Part shown: piece after piece, positions 32,008 through 42,907 of the stretch | Position numbering within the stretch: the first letter of the stretch is position 1 | How the letters are laid out: every line of letters begins with the position of its first letter | NCBI GenBank assembly: GCA_963730935.1 | Contig: CAVSTP010000002.1 | Location: 480,001-544,000 of the forward strand | Length of the DNA stretch: 64,000 nucleotides | Source: an uncultured Nitrospiraceae bacterium | GTDB lineage: Bacteria > Nitrospirota > Nitrospiria > Nitrospirales > Nitrospiraceae | Direction: 5' to 3' | Program-made: the position numbers and the translations under genes | Notes under the pieces: generated by a model | Databases searched by the model: none | Told to the model about the DNA's origin: nothing | The model's input: only the letters and a program-made list of their open reading frames with translations

Positions 32008-33885
32008 ATGAAAAAAATTCTCATCGGTCTGTTCATCGTTATCGTCTTTGTCATCGCCGGTCTGCTCGCGCTTCCGTTTCTCGTCGATCTCGCCTCTTAT
32101 CAAGATCAATACAAACCGCTCATCGAAGACGCGCTGAACCGGAAAATCGAACTGCAGAGTATCCGGCTGACAATCTGGCCGCGCATCGGTGCCCGAGTCG
32201 TCGGATTCACGGTCATGGACGATCCGTCCTTCAGCGCAACTCCCTTTGCTTCCTTGAGTTCGCTCGACGTCGGTGTGAAGTTGCTGCCGCTGCTCAGCAA
32301 ACAGGTCGAGATCGAAGAAATTACGTTGCGCAATCCGCTGATTACTGTGATCAAGAACAAGGATGGGATCACAAACCTTTCTACGCTGGGACCACGGACG
32401 GCGGCTCCCGCCGTGCCAGAGAAGCCTCAGCCGCAACAGGGCGATCCGCTGCAAGCCCTTGCTCTTCTCGCTGTCGATCGCGTTTCGATCGACGGGGGGA
32501 CGCTGATCTACCATGATCTCTCAGCCGCCGCCAAGGCGGAATATCAGATCCAAGATCTCGCCTTTCACCTGACCTCGGTCCATCTCGGCGAGACGCCCAC
32601 CGTACATCTCAATGCGACGGTCCAGCCGCATGGGGTTCCTGTCACGCTCGATGGGCGCTTCGGACCGTTGACACAAACGCTTGAGATCCAGGGATACGAT
32701 TTCACGGTGGGAATCGGCAAAACTGCGCTTCGCGTAAGCGGCGCATTGCTTGGGGGAAAATTGGAAGCGACCCTTTCCGCTCCATCGATCAGTTCCGCCG
32801 ATCTGCCGGTCGCTCTGCCGTTGACCAAGCCAGTGGAGATCAGGGACCTGCATGTCGTCGCTCACGCGCCCTATCCGCTGAGGCAGGGAGTCTCCGCTAT
32901 GGAACTGGCGGATGTTTCAGATCTCGGCCTCAAGATCCACACGGGCGGCTCGGCGCTGGATGTGAAAGGCACGTTGCTGGCGGGTCACGCCAAGGTGATG
33001 ATGACATCGCCGTCGATCAATACGGTTGACCTCCCTGTCGACACAGGCTTGAAGAAGCCGGTTGAGCTGAAGAATTTTGAAGTCAACGCCGATCTCAAAG
33101 GACAGGACGCTCGGCTCTCCAACCTTTCCTTTCAACTTTTCAACGGGGACGCGAAAGCCCAGGGAGGCATGGCGCTGGGCTCGGCTTCACCACCTTTCAA
33201 CGGGAAGGTGTTGATCCGAGGCCTGCAACTCAAGCCTGTACTCGAGGTGCTGAGTCCGGACAGCAAGCTCTCGATGAGCGGAACCGCGGCAGCCGACCTC
33301 GCGGTCGCCGGTCGCGGCTTTTCGATGCCCGATCTGACAAAAGCGCTGGAGGGACCTGGTCATGTCGAAGTCAAAGAGGGCAAACTCGAAGGAGTGAACC
33401 TCACGGAAGAAGCCGTCGCGCTGTTGAAAGTCGCGGGCGTCTCGCTCGATCAGGCGAAAGCCACAGCCTTTTCGACGCTCGAAACCGATTTCATGATCAA
33501 GCAAGGCATCGTCAACATCCACCGGCTACTGGCGGACAGCCACGATTTTCAGGCGACGGGCAATGGAACGGTAGGGTTCGATCAACGCTTGAATCTCGCT
33601 GTGAATCTGAATCACACCCAGGCGATGAGCCAGAAAATTGCCGGGGTATCGTCTTTGGCCAAGATGGCGATGAAAGATGGACGGCTTCGAGTTCCGCTTC
33701 TCATCACCGGGACAGTGCAGAATCCTTCTTATGCCTTGGATACCAAAGCGTTCACTGGAAAGATCCAAGAACAGGTGCAGGAAAAAGCGAAGAGCGCGGT
33801 CGAAGGACTACTCCAAGGCACAACCACACCGTCCGATCTCAAGAAGGAAGGTGAAAATCTGCTGAAGGGATTGCTCGGACGCTAG
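32008..33885 (+). CDS. AsmA family protein
   Basis: N-terminal anchor MKKILIGLFIVIV; beta-rich repeats; RBS AGGAGG at ATG 32008. Confidence 0.88.
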   Translation: MKKILIGLFIVIVFVIAGLLALPFLVDLASYQDQYKPLIEDALNRKIELQSIRLTIWPRIGARVVGFTVMDDPSFSATPFASLSSLDVGVKLLPLLSKQVEIEEITLRNPLITVIKNKDGITNLSTLGPRTAAPAVPEKPQPQQGDPLQALALLAVDRVSIDGGTLIYHDLSAAAKAEYQIQDLAFHLTSVHLGETPTVHLNATVQPHGVPVTLDGRFGPLTQTLEIQGYDFTVGIGKTALRVSGALLGGKLEATLSAPSISSADLPVALPLTKPVEIRDLHVVAHAPYPLRQGVSAMELADVSDLGLKIHTGGSALDVKGTLLAGHAKVMMTSPSINTVDLPVDTGLKKPVELKNFEVNADLKGQDARLSNLSFQLFNGDAKAQGGMALGSASPPFNGKVLIRGLQLKPVLEVLSPDSKLSMSGTAAADLAVAGRGFSMPDLTKALEGPGHVEVKEGKLEGVNLTEEAVALLKVAGVSLDQAKATAFSTLETDFMIKQGIVNIHRLLADSHDFQATGNGTVGFDQRLNLAVNLNHTQAMSQKIAGVSSLAKMAMKDGRLRVPLLITGTVQNPSYALDTKAFTGKIQEQVQEKAKSAVEGLLQGTTTPSDLKKEGENLLKGLLGR

Positions 33886-34068
33886 CACGCTTCTCACTTG
33901 ATGAGGCGCGGTCGCTCCACACTGTATGCTTCAACCTCCACATCCTGCATGGACAGACTTCGCGATTGCCAAGCCGCAGGCATTCGGTTATACAACTAAG
34001 CTATTTTTTGAATCCTGCTGAACTCAACGCCCGGATATCGTGGCCTGGTCCTGGATGGAGGGAGGTCG

Positions 34069-35160
34069 ATGCGGACGCGTTGTTGGATTCTGCTGATGGT
34101 CTTCATGTTCCTGACGGGACTCACCGCGCACGCAGCAGAGGAAGCGCCTGCCGCTGCCGCGCCGATCGACACGGTGACGTTGAGGGACGGAAGCGTCATC
34201 TATGGGGAAGTCCTGGAGATGGACGGCGGGATCCTCTTCTTGAAGAACCCGGCCAACCCGGACAACCTGATCAAACTCAAATGGGACAATGTGGCCAAGC
34301 TCGCGGTCACCCATCCGATTCCTTTTCACTTGAAAGAGGGCACGGTGCTGAACGGGACCGCAACGGCCGGCCCCGATGGAATGCTGGTCATTCACGCCGA
34401 GCCCCTCAAGGGCACGATGGAAGTGCCGATGAGCGACGTCAAGTCCGTTAATCCCCTGATTCAGCCGTCGGTGATCTACGTCGGGAACCTCACCGGCGGC
34501 TATTCGCAAACGACGGGCAACAGCCACTTGCGCAATGCCAGTCTGATCGGCGAACTGGTCGCTCGGGGCGATCTGCTGCGGCTCACCATGAACGTTCGGT
34601 ATGTGTACGGCGACGACTCAGGCGCGCTCCTCACCAGGAACGCTAAAGCCACCATTAAGCTGGACTTCTTCATCACGAAGCGACTGTTCTGGTTCACGTC
34701 GGCCTACTTTGAAAACGATCGATTCCAGGATCTCAAATTGAGAACCGCGCTCGCCAGCGGCCCCGGTTATCAGTGGGTCGACCGGGAAGACTACCCGGGT
34801 ATTTGGAAGGACATGACGCTCTACACGGAAGCCGGGTTGGCGTATTTCAATGAAGATTTCACCACCACAGGAGATACGTCGAGTGTCCGGGCTCGTATCT
34901 CGGTCAAGTGGAATTGGCCGTTTTTCGATGAAGGCATTACCATCTATCACTTCAGTGAATTGTTTCCCTCTCTCCAAAATATGTCCGATGTGTTTATGAC
35001 GATGGACAACGGAGTCCGGTTTAAGCTCTGGAAAGGGCTCGTCAGCAGCTTCCAGATCACGACCCGCTACAACAGCCGTCCGGCGCCGGGCACCGGCGAC
35101 ACCGACAATCTCTATCTCATCACGCTCGGATACGCGTTCGATACCACGAGGAAACGCTAA
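34069..35160 (+). CDS. DUF481 (YdiY-like) outer-membrane beta-barrel protein
   Basis: Signal peptide; [15 protein letters not shown] domain; [11 protein letters not shown]-terminal ITLGYAF. Confidence 0.82.
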   Translation: MRTRCWILLMVFMFLTGLTAHAAEEAPAAAAPIDTVTLRDGSVIYGEVLEMDGGILFLKNPANPDNLIKLKWDNVAKLAVTHPIPFHLKEGTVLNGTATAGPDGMLVIHAEPLKGTMEVPMSDVKSVNPLIQPSVIYVGNLTGGYSQTTGNSHLRNASLIGELVARGDLLRLTMNVRYVYGDDSGALLTRNAKATIKLDFFITKRLFWFTSAYFENDRFQDLKLRTALASGPGYQWVDREDYPGIWKDMTLYTEAGLAYFNEDFTTTGDTSSVRARISVKWNWPFFDEGITIYHFSELFPSLQNMSDVFMTMDNGVRFKLWKGLVSSFQITTRYNSRPAPGTGDTDNLYLITLGYAFDTTRKR

Positions 35161-35197
35161 ACGACTGCCGTTCACTCTTCTTCCCAAAGGAGGACGT

Positions 35198-35626
35198 ATG
35201 TTGAAAGAGTTTAAAGAGTTCGCGATGAAGGGCAATGTCCTCGACATGGCTATCGGAGTGATCATCGGGGGGGCATTTGGCAAGATCATCACATCGCTGG
35301 TGAGCGATGTCCTGATGCCGCCTCTCGGCCTGCTCTTGGGCAAGGTCGATTTTTCAAGCCTGTTTCTCAATCTGTCGGGGACTCCTCAGCCCTCGCTCGC
35401 AGCGGCCAAGGCGGCCGGAGCTCCCACCGTCAACTACGGTGTGTTTCTGCAGACCGTGTTGGATTTCATCATCATCGCGTTCGTGATCTTCATGCTCGTG
35501 AGGCAAGTGAACCGGCTCAAGACGCCGGCCGCCCCTTCTGCTCCGACCACCAAAGACTGTCCCTTATGCCTATCCACCATTCCGATCAAGGCGACGAAGT
35601 GTGCGCATTGCACGTCAGCAGTCTGA
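35198..35626 (+). CDS. mscL: large-conductance mechanosensitive channel with C-terminal Zn ribbon
   Basis: [27 protein letters not shown]; tail CPLC...CAHC. Confidence 0.96.
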   Translation: MLKEFKEFAMKGNVLDMAIGVIIGGAFGKIITSLVSDVLMPPLGLLLGKVDFSSLFLNLSGTPQPSLAAAKAAGAPTVNYGVFLQTVLDFIIIAFVIFMLVRQVNRLKTPAAPSAPTTKDCPLCLSTIPIKATKCAHCTSAV

Positions 35627-35672
35627 AAATGACTGATCGGCTCCAGCTTTACCAACACCGTAAGGAGAAGTT

Positions 35673-35873
35673 ATGTGGGAGCGTCTCGCCCGAATCGTGC
35701 TTGCTCTGATTGCGGTCGGTACCGTCGCCGGTTGTAGCGGTCAGAAGATCCCGACCGGCGGGTTGAGCGCCGTCACAACGCACGGTTACTCAGAGACTCG
35801 GCCCGTGATGCCGAACACCACCGATGCCGGGCGGACCAAAAACCGACGGGTCGAAGTACTGGTCACGAGGTAA
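35673..35873 (+). pseudogene. OmpA/MotB-family lipoprotein with an apparent in-frame internal deletion
   Basis: RBS AAGGAG; lipobox VAGC joined almost directly to the OmpA C-terminal motif GYSETRPVMPNTTDAGRTKNRRVEV; only 66 aa. Confidence 0.6.
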
Positions 35874-35925
35874 GCGATTCAGTCCCGGAGGCTGGGGCGA
35901 CACGCGCGCCTGGCTCCTTGGACAA

Positions 35926-37170
35926 TCAGTGCTTGCAGAGCTGTTGTTCGGCAGCACCGGCATTGGCCGAGCCTGCGACGGTCGAAAGGATCTTGTAGTG
36001 ACCTAACCCCAGTTCTTTCCCGTAGGCTTCCCCTACGAGCACATCCTGGACGTGTTGGTGGTCCGAAGCCCGGAAGACGGACTTACCCTCTTTCAGGCCG
36101 TCAAACTCATGGCCTTCGAGAGCCTTGATCAATGCGGCGGTCTCCGTGCTGCCGGCACGCTGCATGGCTTCAAGAATCTGGGTCATCGCGGCATACCCGA
36201 GATAACAGCGTGACGTGGGCGTATGGTTGTACTTGTCGATAACGCCCTGGATGAAACGCCTCGAACTGTCTGTATTGATCTTGGGATCCCAGATCAGTCC
36301 CCAGATTCCGGCGTTATTGGCGTAGCCGAGTGGACGGCCGATTTGCTCTCCGCCGATGAGTCCCCCGACGCCGATCTTTTCCTTCGCCATCTCCAGTTTT
36401 GCATAGCCCTTGAGCGCGTTGACGAGATCCCAGCCGTAGAGATTCAAAATGATCGCCGTGGCCTGTTTTGCTTTGGCCTCACTGAGTGCCGGCACAAAAT
36501 CCATCGCCCCGAACGGAGTCACCGTCTCACCGACAATGTCGACTTTCTGCGCTTGCGCAGCGTCGACGAGCGCCTGGGCGCAGGATTTTCCATCGATGGT
36601 GGATGCGGTGATCATATGCCAGCGCGAACCGTGGGCCTTCGCGAGATGCGGGACGACCGCATAGGCCAGCATGCGGGCATTGGGCATGAACACGAACGTG
36701 TGCGCATTGCACGCGGCACCGGTCAGTTCCGGGATGTGAGCGCCCGTCACCATGAAGAGCTTGTTTTCCTTTGCCGCCAACGCACTCACGGCGAGGGCGC
36801 AGTCGCCGTTGAACGTCCCCATGAGCGCATCGACGCGGTCTTCCTTGATGAACTTTGTGGCTACTTTGACGGCTTGGTCCGGGTTCGAAGCGTCATCGGC
36901 TTCTAGAATGGCCACAGGCCGCCCCAGCACACCACCTTTCTTATTGAACAAATCGACCGCAACGTTGGCCCCATGAACGTCGTGAATGGACGAGGTCTTG
37001 TAGGGGCTGGATAATGGATCAAGGATGCCGATTTTAATGGGTTCATCTGCATGGGCCACCCGAACGCCGAAATCGATGAGCGGTCCACGGCCGACCAGGC
37101 TTCCAAGCGCCAGACTTCCGCCGGTCATTGCCGTCCACTGCAAGAAGCGCCTGCGTGACATCTGTGGCAT
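35926..37170 (-). CDS. Tat-exported ABC substrate-binding protein (LivK-like), orphan
   Basis: SRRRFL Tat motif; IKIGILDPLS, NKKGGVLGRPV, LIKALEG. Confidence 0.88.
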   Translation of the reverse strand: MPQMSRRRFLQWTAMTGGSLALGSLVGRGPLIDFGVRVAHADEPIKIGILDPLSSPYKTSSIHDVHGANVAVDLFNKKGGVLGRPVAILEADDASNPDQAVKVATKFIKEDRVDALMGTFNGDCALAVSALAAKENKLFMVTGAHIPELTGAACNAHTFVFMPNARMLAYAVVPHLAKAHGSRWHMITASTIDGKSCAQALVDAAQAQKVDIVGETVTPFGAMDFVPALSEAKAKQATAIILNLYGWDLVNALKGYAKLEMAKEKIGVGGLIGGEQIGRPLGYANNAGIWGLIWDPKINTDSSRRFIQGVIDKYNHTPTSRCYLGYAAMTQILEAMQRAGSTETAALIKALEGHEFDGLKEGKSVFRASDHQHVQDVLVGEAYGKELGLGHYKILSTVAGSANAGAAEQQLCKH

Positions 37171-37344
37171 AGTGCCTGTCTCCTCTTAGGTGAAAATCTT
37201 GAGAGCTGTTTGCGGCCCCATGATTTCACAATTTCCGCCGTGTCTCAAGCGTGCATACGTATCTTCACGGATTCCTTCAAATTAAACGACACCAGGGGCG
37301 ATGCAGGCGGCAAAGGGAGGACCGCGCGGAACACCCACTGCGTT

Positions 37345-38427
37345 CTAACTGTATTGGTCTTCCGTATAGACTTGCTTGATGGCCCAGAACACCGCTTCTT
37401 TGAGCTTCTTGATCTGGGGATCGGGAGGGTCCTTCCGGATTTTTTGGAGCTTCTTGTCGAGATCAAATAGGGGTTGGACTGATCGCCGGTCAGGCACTCT
37501 CCCCAGCGCCCACGCGATTTCCGTTTGAACCGTAATGTCGACGCCCGGCGCATCCAACATCTCGAGAAGCGGAGGCACGACCGACGAGTCGTTGTGTGTG
37601 TTCCCCAAATCTCCCAATCCCTTGGCGGCGGCGGCCTGAAGCTCCGGCTGTTTTGAATGTTTCAGAATATCGACAAGAATCGGAATTCCATCTTTGCCCA
37701 TGCTGCCCAACGCCACGGCCGCCTCTTTGGAAAGGTTCTTGTCTTTGAGCATCGCCTTCAGCTTCGGCAGCGCTTCATCTGCTTGCATTTCACCCAGCAA
37801 CGAGATGATTTTGATCTTGCGCACCTGCGGTGTATCGGCGGCATCCAACAGTTTCAGCAATCGATCAGGATGCCCCCATTCAGCGGCCAGCAAGACGGGG
37901 AAATCATACTGCTCGAGCTTTTCCCGCAATTTGGTCATCGCATACGCGCCGGGGTCTCCAGCATTCGCGGACAGCGCTGCCGCGGCTGCATCTTCGAAAT
38001 CGGTCCGGACCTCCTTTTGCCACTTGATCTTTGTCTCACCCAAGAGATACGTGAGCTGACAGGCTGGCCCTTTCCAGAGACGAGAGGGAGCGTCGGGGAG
38101 ATCTGCATCACCGCCGGCAGCGGTAGTCCCTTCCCATGTCTTGCGCTGCTCGCATTTGAGCTTGAAGGTCGCATCGTGAGGCTTGGCGGCGTCCCGGACG
38201 ACGGTATACCCCAATTCAGACAACCGACGTGACGCGACATCCGCCAGGGGGGCGGCGTCGACGGGGCCTTTGTCGGTCAGAGCGATCACCTCGACAAGGA
38301 CCGTCTGAATCTTCTCGAGCTGTGCTTTTTGCTCGGAAGTTAAGTAGTCACGATAGGCTTCGGCGGGAGAAGAAAATGCGGCCGAACCGATCAACGCCAG
38401 GATGGAGAGCAGGAAGCCGATGCGCAT
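37345..38427 (-). CDS. exported HEAT/PBS-repeat protein
   Basis: Signal peptide ending AEA; repeats EAAVALG, AAAKGLG, EIAWALG. Confidence 0.82.
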   Translation of the reverse strand: MRIGFLLSILALIGSAAFSSPAEAYRDYLTSEQKAQLEKIQTVLVEVIALTDKGPVDAAPLADVASRRLSELGYTVVRDAAKPHDATFKLKCEQRKTWEGTTAAGGDADLPDAPSRLWKGPACQLTYLLGETKIKWQKEVRTDFEDAAAAALSANAGDPGAYAMTKLREKLEQYDFPVLLAAEWGHPDRLLKLLDAADTPQVRKIKIISLLGEMQADEALPKLKAMLKDKNLSKEAAVALGSMGKDGIPILVDILKHSKQPELQAAAAKGLGDLGNTHNDSSVVPPLLEMLDAPGVDITVQTEIAWALGRVPDRRSVQPLFDLDKKLQKIRKDPPDPQIKKLKEAVFWAIKQVYTEDQYS

Positions 38428-38711
38428 AGTGCACCCCTACCGTTACACTGGCAAGACAACGCCGGTGTCATGATGTGCTACATTATACCGGCCACCAGGA
38501 TTCGAGGCTACTTTTCAATGCCTTGCCGCCGGTCCGGTGAATCGATTGGTCTTCGCGAATCGGACAATTATGTGACAGCAAATCTCCGGTCCTCCCCGCA
38601 GGAGTATGGGTTGACAGTTGGGCGCATCCAACGGTACAAAATAGCAGCATCGCCGTGTAGTTGCGTCTGTTTGCTGACTCGACTGGAACCCATTGCAGTG
38701 CTCCCCGCCGT

Positions 38712-38794
38712 GCGAGAGTGGCGGAACTGGCAGACGCGCGAGACTTAGGATCTCGTGGGCAACCGTGGGGGTTCAAGTCCCCCCTCTCGCACCA
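38712..38794 (+). tRNA. tRNA-Leu (TAG)
   Basis: GCGAGAG...CTCTCGC-ACCA; anticodon arm CGAGA-CTTAGGA-TCTCG. Confidence 0.96.
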
Positions 38795-38858
38795 CCCCTT
38801 ATCATCCGACAGTGGGCAACGAGTTGTGTCGGTAACCCAAAAGGAAATCACGCGTCAG

Positions 38859-40172
38859 ATGAAAATGGAAGTGACCGAGCTCGGCCCAATGAAGCGGGCT
38901 CTCAAGATCGAGGTGCCGGTTGAGGAGGTGGCGCAGCGTTTCGTACAGGCCTATAAGGAGCTCAACCGGCAGGTCCGGGTGCCGGGGTTCCGGCCTGGTA
39001 AAGCGCCGCAGGCCCTGCTCGAGCAACGCTATGCCAAAGCCGTGGAAGAGGATGTCGTTCGCAGTCTCGTCCCGGACTATTACGACCGTGCCGTCCGTCA
39101 AGCGGGCATCTCACCCGTCTTGGTTGAAATTCCCCCTCTCGAACGCGTAAAGATCAAACGAGACGCCCCCTTTACGTTCACCGCCACAGTCGAAATCAAG
39201 CCCAAGATCGAGCTGCGGGACTACAAAGCGCCGAATCCCATTTCTCTGAAGCCCGATACACGCACCGTGACCGAAGAACAGCTGGCAAAGGGCATGAACG
39301 TCCTGCGCGAGCAACATGCAAGGCTCGAGGCGCCGCCTTCCGGCCACAAAGCGGCAGAGGGAGATTTCGTGATCCTCTCCGTGGAAGGCTTCCTCGACGG
39401 ACAGCCGCTGGAGGGCAGCAAGAAGACGGGCCATCTCCACAAGGTTGGCTCGAAGGCGTCGGTGTTGGGTCTCGAAGTCGATCAACACGTCCTCGGCCGG
39501 GCCGAAGGCGACACGGTCGAAATTTCTCAACCCTATCCTCCAAGCCATCCCGATGTACGCGTGGCCGGCAAAACTGTACTGTTCAAGGTCACGGTGAACG
39601 CCGTCAAGATCAAGACACTGCCGGCCTTGGATGATGAATTCGCGAAGGATTGCGGGGCGTATGCCTCCCTCGCGGAGTTACAAGACCGGTTGCGCACGGA
39701 AATGGAAAAGGCGCTCAAGCGGGAGATCGAAGAGGGGTATAAAGACACCATCATCAAGCGTCTGGTTGAAACACATCATTTTGATCTTCCGGAAACGCTG
39801 GTCGAACGAGAGCTGGAAGCGATCATCCGTCAATACCTCCAACAGCGCCAGCGTCGAGGGGGCGAAGGCGCCTCGGCGCTTGAAACGTCCGACCTCGCCA
39901 CATTGCGCCAGGAGAACCGCGAGGAAGCCGCCCGTCGCGTCAAGGTCGGCCTCATCCTCGAGACGGTCGCAGAGAAAGAACAACTGACGGTGAGCCAGGA
40001 AGACCTGGACAATGAAATTCACCGCCTGGCTTCAGAGTTGAAGATCGGGCAGCCGGAATTGGTGAAAATGATCCAGGCTGGCGGACAGGATTCGATTGAG
40101 GAATTACGGGCGCGCATCTTGGCGGAGAAGTCCCTGGATTTCGTTTATCGGAACGCCATGATTCAAAAGTAG
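38859..40172 (+). CDS. tig: trigger factor
   Basis: VPGFRPGKAP signature; upstream of clpP and clpX. Confidence 0.96.
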   Translation: MKMEVTELGPMKRALKIEVPVEEVAQRFVQAYKELNRQVRVPGFRPGKAPQALLEQRYAKAVEEDVVRSLVPDYYDRAVRQAGISPVLVEIPPLERVKIKRDAPFTFTATVEIKPKIELRDYKAPNPISLKPDTRTVTEEQLAKGMNVLREQHARLEAPPSGHKAAEGDFVILSVEGFLDGQPLEGSKKTGHLHKVGSKASVLGLEVDQHVLGRAEGDTVEISQPYPPSHPDVRVAGKTVLFKVTVNAVKIKTLPALDDEFAKDCGAYASLAELQDRLRTEMEKALKREIEEGYKDTIIKRLVETHHFDLPETLVERELEAIIRQYLQQRQRRGGEGASALETSDLATLRQENREEAARRVKVGLILETVAEKEQLTVSQEDLDNEIHRLASELKIGQPELVKMIQAGGQDSIEELRARILAEKSLDFVYRNAMIQK

Positions 40173-40226
40173 CGCTCCAGGCCCGACCTCGGGTCTTGTG
40201 TCACTTCAGGAAAGGAAAACACCTGC

Positions 40227-40853
40227 ATGTTAGTTCCCATTGTCGTTGAGCAAACCAATCGAGGCGAGCGGGCCTATGACATCTATTCACGGCTCCTGAA
40301 GGATCGCATCATTTTCCTGGGGGCGCCGATCGACGATGTGTTTGCCAACCTCGTCATCGCACAGCTGCTGTTCTTGGAGGCTGAGGATCCTGAGAAGGAC
40401 ATCAATCTCTATGTCAACTCTCCTGGCGGCAGCGTCACGGCCGGACTGGGCATCTATGACACGATGCAGTACGTGAAGCCGCCCATCAATACGATCTGCC
40501 TGGGCCAAGCCGCCAGCATGGGAGCACTCTTATTGACGGCTGGAACGAAAGGGAAGCGGTTTGCGCTTCCCAATGCGCGCGTCATGATTCACCAACCGCT
40601 GGGGGGATTCCAGGGACAGGCGACCGAGATCGACATTCATGCGAGAGAAATTCTCAAGATCCGCGAACGGCTCAATGAAATCATGGCCAAGCATACGGGG
40701 CAGCCCATCGAAAAGATCGCGCACGATACAGAGCGTGACTACTTCATGTCGGGGGAGGAAGCGAAGCGGTACGGCCTGATCGACGAAGTGATCACACGGG
40801 CGCCCAAATCGTTGAAGGTGGCGTCGGACAAGGACGGGGCCAAGGACAAGTAA
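40227..40853 (+). CDS. clpP: ATP-dependent Clp protease proteolytic subunit
   Basis: [36 protein letters not shown]. Confidence 0.98.
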   Translation: MLVPIVVEQTNRGERAYDIYSRLLKDRIIFLGAPIDDVFANLVIAQLLFLEAEDPEKDINLYVNSPGGSVTAGLGIYDTMQYVKPPINTICLGQAASMGALLLTAGTKGKRFALPNARVMIHQPLGGFQGQATEIDIHAREILKIRERLNEIMAKHTGQPIEKIAHDTERDYFMSGEEAKRYGLIDEVITRAPKSLKVASDKDGAKDK

Positions 40854-40867
40854 TACCGGGAGGACGC

Positions 40868-42124
40868 ATGGCCAAGCAGGAAAAGATGGATCGTCACCTT
40901 CGCTGTTCGTTCTGCGGGAAAAGCCGCGACGAAGTCCGCAAACTCATCGCAGGACCGACGGTCTACATTTGCGACGAATGTGTCAATCTGTGCAACGACA
41001 TCATTGCCGAAGATTGGGAGGAGGCGAAGGAAGAAATATCTTCCAAGCTCAAGAAACCTTCGGACATCAAGCATCACCTCGATCAGTACGTCGTCGGACA
41101 GGAGCGGGCCAAGAAAATTCTGTCGGTGGCAGTCCACAACCACTATAAGCGCATCTCTGCGAAGGAAAAAGACGTCGACGACGTGGAACTCCAGAAGGGC
41201 AACATCCTCATGGTGGGCCCGACCGGCACCGGAAAGACGTTGCTTGCCCAAACGCTGGCCAAGTATCTGGACGTACCCTTCACCCTCGCCGATGCGACGA
41301 CGCTCACCGAAGCCGGGTACGTCGGAGAGGATGTGGAAAACATCATCCTCAAGCTGCTCCAGGCGTCGGATTATGATGTGGAACGTGCCGAGCGCGGCAT
41401 CGTCTACATTGACGAGATTGATAAAATCAGCCGCAAGAGTGACAGTCCGTCGATTACCCGCGACGTGTCCGGCGAAGGGGTGCAGCAGGCGCTGCTCAAA
41501 CTCATCGAAGGTACCGTCGCCAACGTCCCTCCACAGGGTGGGCGCAAACACCCGCACCAGGAGTTCATTCAGGTCAACACAAGCAACATTCTTTTCATCT
41601 GCGGCGGAGCATTCGTCGGGCTGGAACAGATCATCGAACAGCGGTTGAATCGAAAGGCGATGGGGTTCGGCGCGGAAATACGAGGACGGGCCGACGTGCG
41701 GCTCGGCGAATTGTTCGAGCGCGTGCAGCCGGAGGATTTTCTGAAATATGGCCTCATTCCGGAATTCATCGGCCGGCTGCCGGTCGTCGCCACGCTGGAC
41801 GAACTCGACGAACGCGCCTTGATCAGGATTTTGACTGAGCCGAGAAATGCCCTGACCAAACAGTATGAAAAGCTCCTCTCGTTCGAAAAGGTGAAGCTCA
41901 AATTCACCGAAGGAGCACTCGGAGCGGTGGCCCGCAAGGCGTTCATCCAGAAGACCGGTGCCCGGGGTCTGCGGGCGATATTGGAAGAAGTCATGCTGGA
42001 TGTCATGTATGACGCGCCCTCGCAAAAGCAGATCAAAGAAGTCTTCATCACCGAGGATGCCATTCTTGGCAAGCATCCTCCCATCCGTATCTTCGAGCAG
42101 GACAAAGACATTAAGACCGCATAA
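40868..42124 (+). CDS. clpX: ATP-dependent Clp protease ATP-binding subunit
   Basis: CSFCGK zinc domain, [27 protein letters not shown]. Confidence 0.98.
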   Translation: MAKQEKMDRHLRCSFCGKSRDEVRKLIAGPTVYICDECVNLCNDIIAEDWEEAKEEISSKLKKPSDIKHHLDQYVVGQERAKKILSVAVHNHYKRISAKEKDVDDVELQKGNILMVGPTGTGKTLLAQTLAKYLDVPFTLADATTLTEAGYVGEDVENIILKLLQASDYDVERAERGIVYIDEIDKISRKSDSPSITRDVSGEGVQQALLKLIEGTVANVPPQGGRKHPHQEFIQVNTSNILFICGGAFVGLEQIIEQRLNRKAMGFGAEIRGRADVRLGELFERVQPEDFLKYGLIPEFIGRLPVVATLDELDERALIRILTEPRNALTKQYEKLLSFEKVKLKFTEGALGAVARKAFIQKTGARGLRAILEEVMLDVMYDAPSQKQIKEVFITEDAILGKHPPIRIFEQDKDIKTA

Positions 42125-42155
42125 ACACTGGACATATCTCGCGCTTTCTCGGAAC

Positions 42156-42190
42156 CGGCCCGGCATCAGCCCCGGGCCGATTCTGTTTTA
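42156..42190 (+). terminator. intrinsic terminator after clpX
   Basis: Stem CGGCCCGG/CCGGGCCG followed by ATTCTGTTTT. Confidence 0.55.
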
Positions 42191-42342
42191 GCGGCACGAT
42201 CACGAGTGGCTGCACAGCCGGCCGGTGGCATGAGGCACGTTGGGGCGCATGGCGCCGCTTGGCAGGTGCCGGATAACTCTCGGCTTTTTCTCGACAAGGT
42301 GAAACACTGCGCTATACTTGCCAGGGTGAGCTGGGAGGACGT

Positions 42343-42864
42343 GTGAAATATCCCGTGGTTTCAAGCCTGCGCCACAAAGGCAAGACGATTGAGTTGGATG
42401 CCACGCGGGAGATCATCACCCTCATCGGCATCAACGGTGAGGCGATGGGAAACCTGTCATGGGATTTCGTCATTGATCAGATTCTCGCCTATCGGAAACC
42501 CCCTGCTTCGCGAGAAGCCAGAACTGAACCGCGCGTCAGCTTGGCATTCCGGGTGAAATACAAGACCCCGGAGGGCCAGCAATTCGAAAGCCGGGCGGGC
42601 GGCATCGGTGGCGGCGGGCTCTTCATTGAAAGCCAATCACCCCTGCCGGTCGGCACCAAACTGTCGTTGGAATTTTCGCTGCCCGAGCATAGCAACGAAT
42701 GGCTGGCCGCGAAAGGCGTCGTGGCCTGGGTTTGTCCGAAAGCGGATCAGTACACGTTCAGTCCTGGAATGGGCGTCCGCTTCACCGATATCGCACCTGA
42801 CATCCGTAATCGAGTGCTCGAATTGGTGAAATCCTTACAGGAAGTCGGCCGCTCGGCCGCATGA
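42343..42864 (+). CDS. PilZ-domain protein (TIGR02266-like), paralogue 1
   Basis: RTEPR motif, GGLFIES, GVVAW, PGMGVRF. Confidence 0.85.
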   Translation: MKYPVVSSLRHKGKTIELDATREIITLIGINGEAMGNLSWDFVIDQILAYRKPPASREARTEPRVSLAFRVKYKTPEGQQFESRAGGIGGGGLFIESQSPLPVGTKLSLEFSLPEHSNEWLAAKGVVAWVCPKADQYTFSPGMGVRFTDIAPDIRNRVLELVKSLQEVGRSAA

Positions 42865-42907
42865 GCCGAATCGCGCGTCGCACCGTGTGCTTAGTGAGCA
42901 GAACCGC

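Noticed and set aside
40739..42166. Long antisense ORFs (also 4518-5744, 13579-14481, 45260-46483, 30884-31732)
   Set aside because: These are shadow frames opposite well-conserved genes in GC-rich DNA and carry no motifs.
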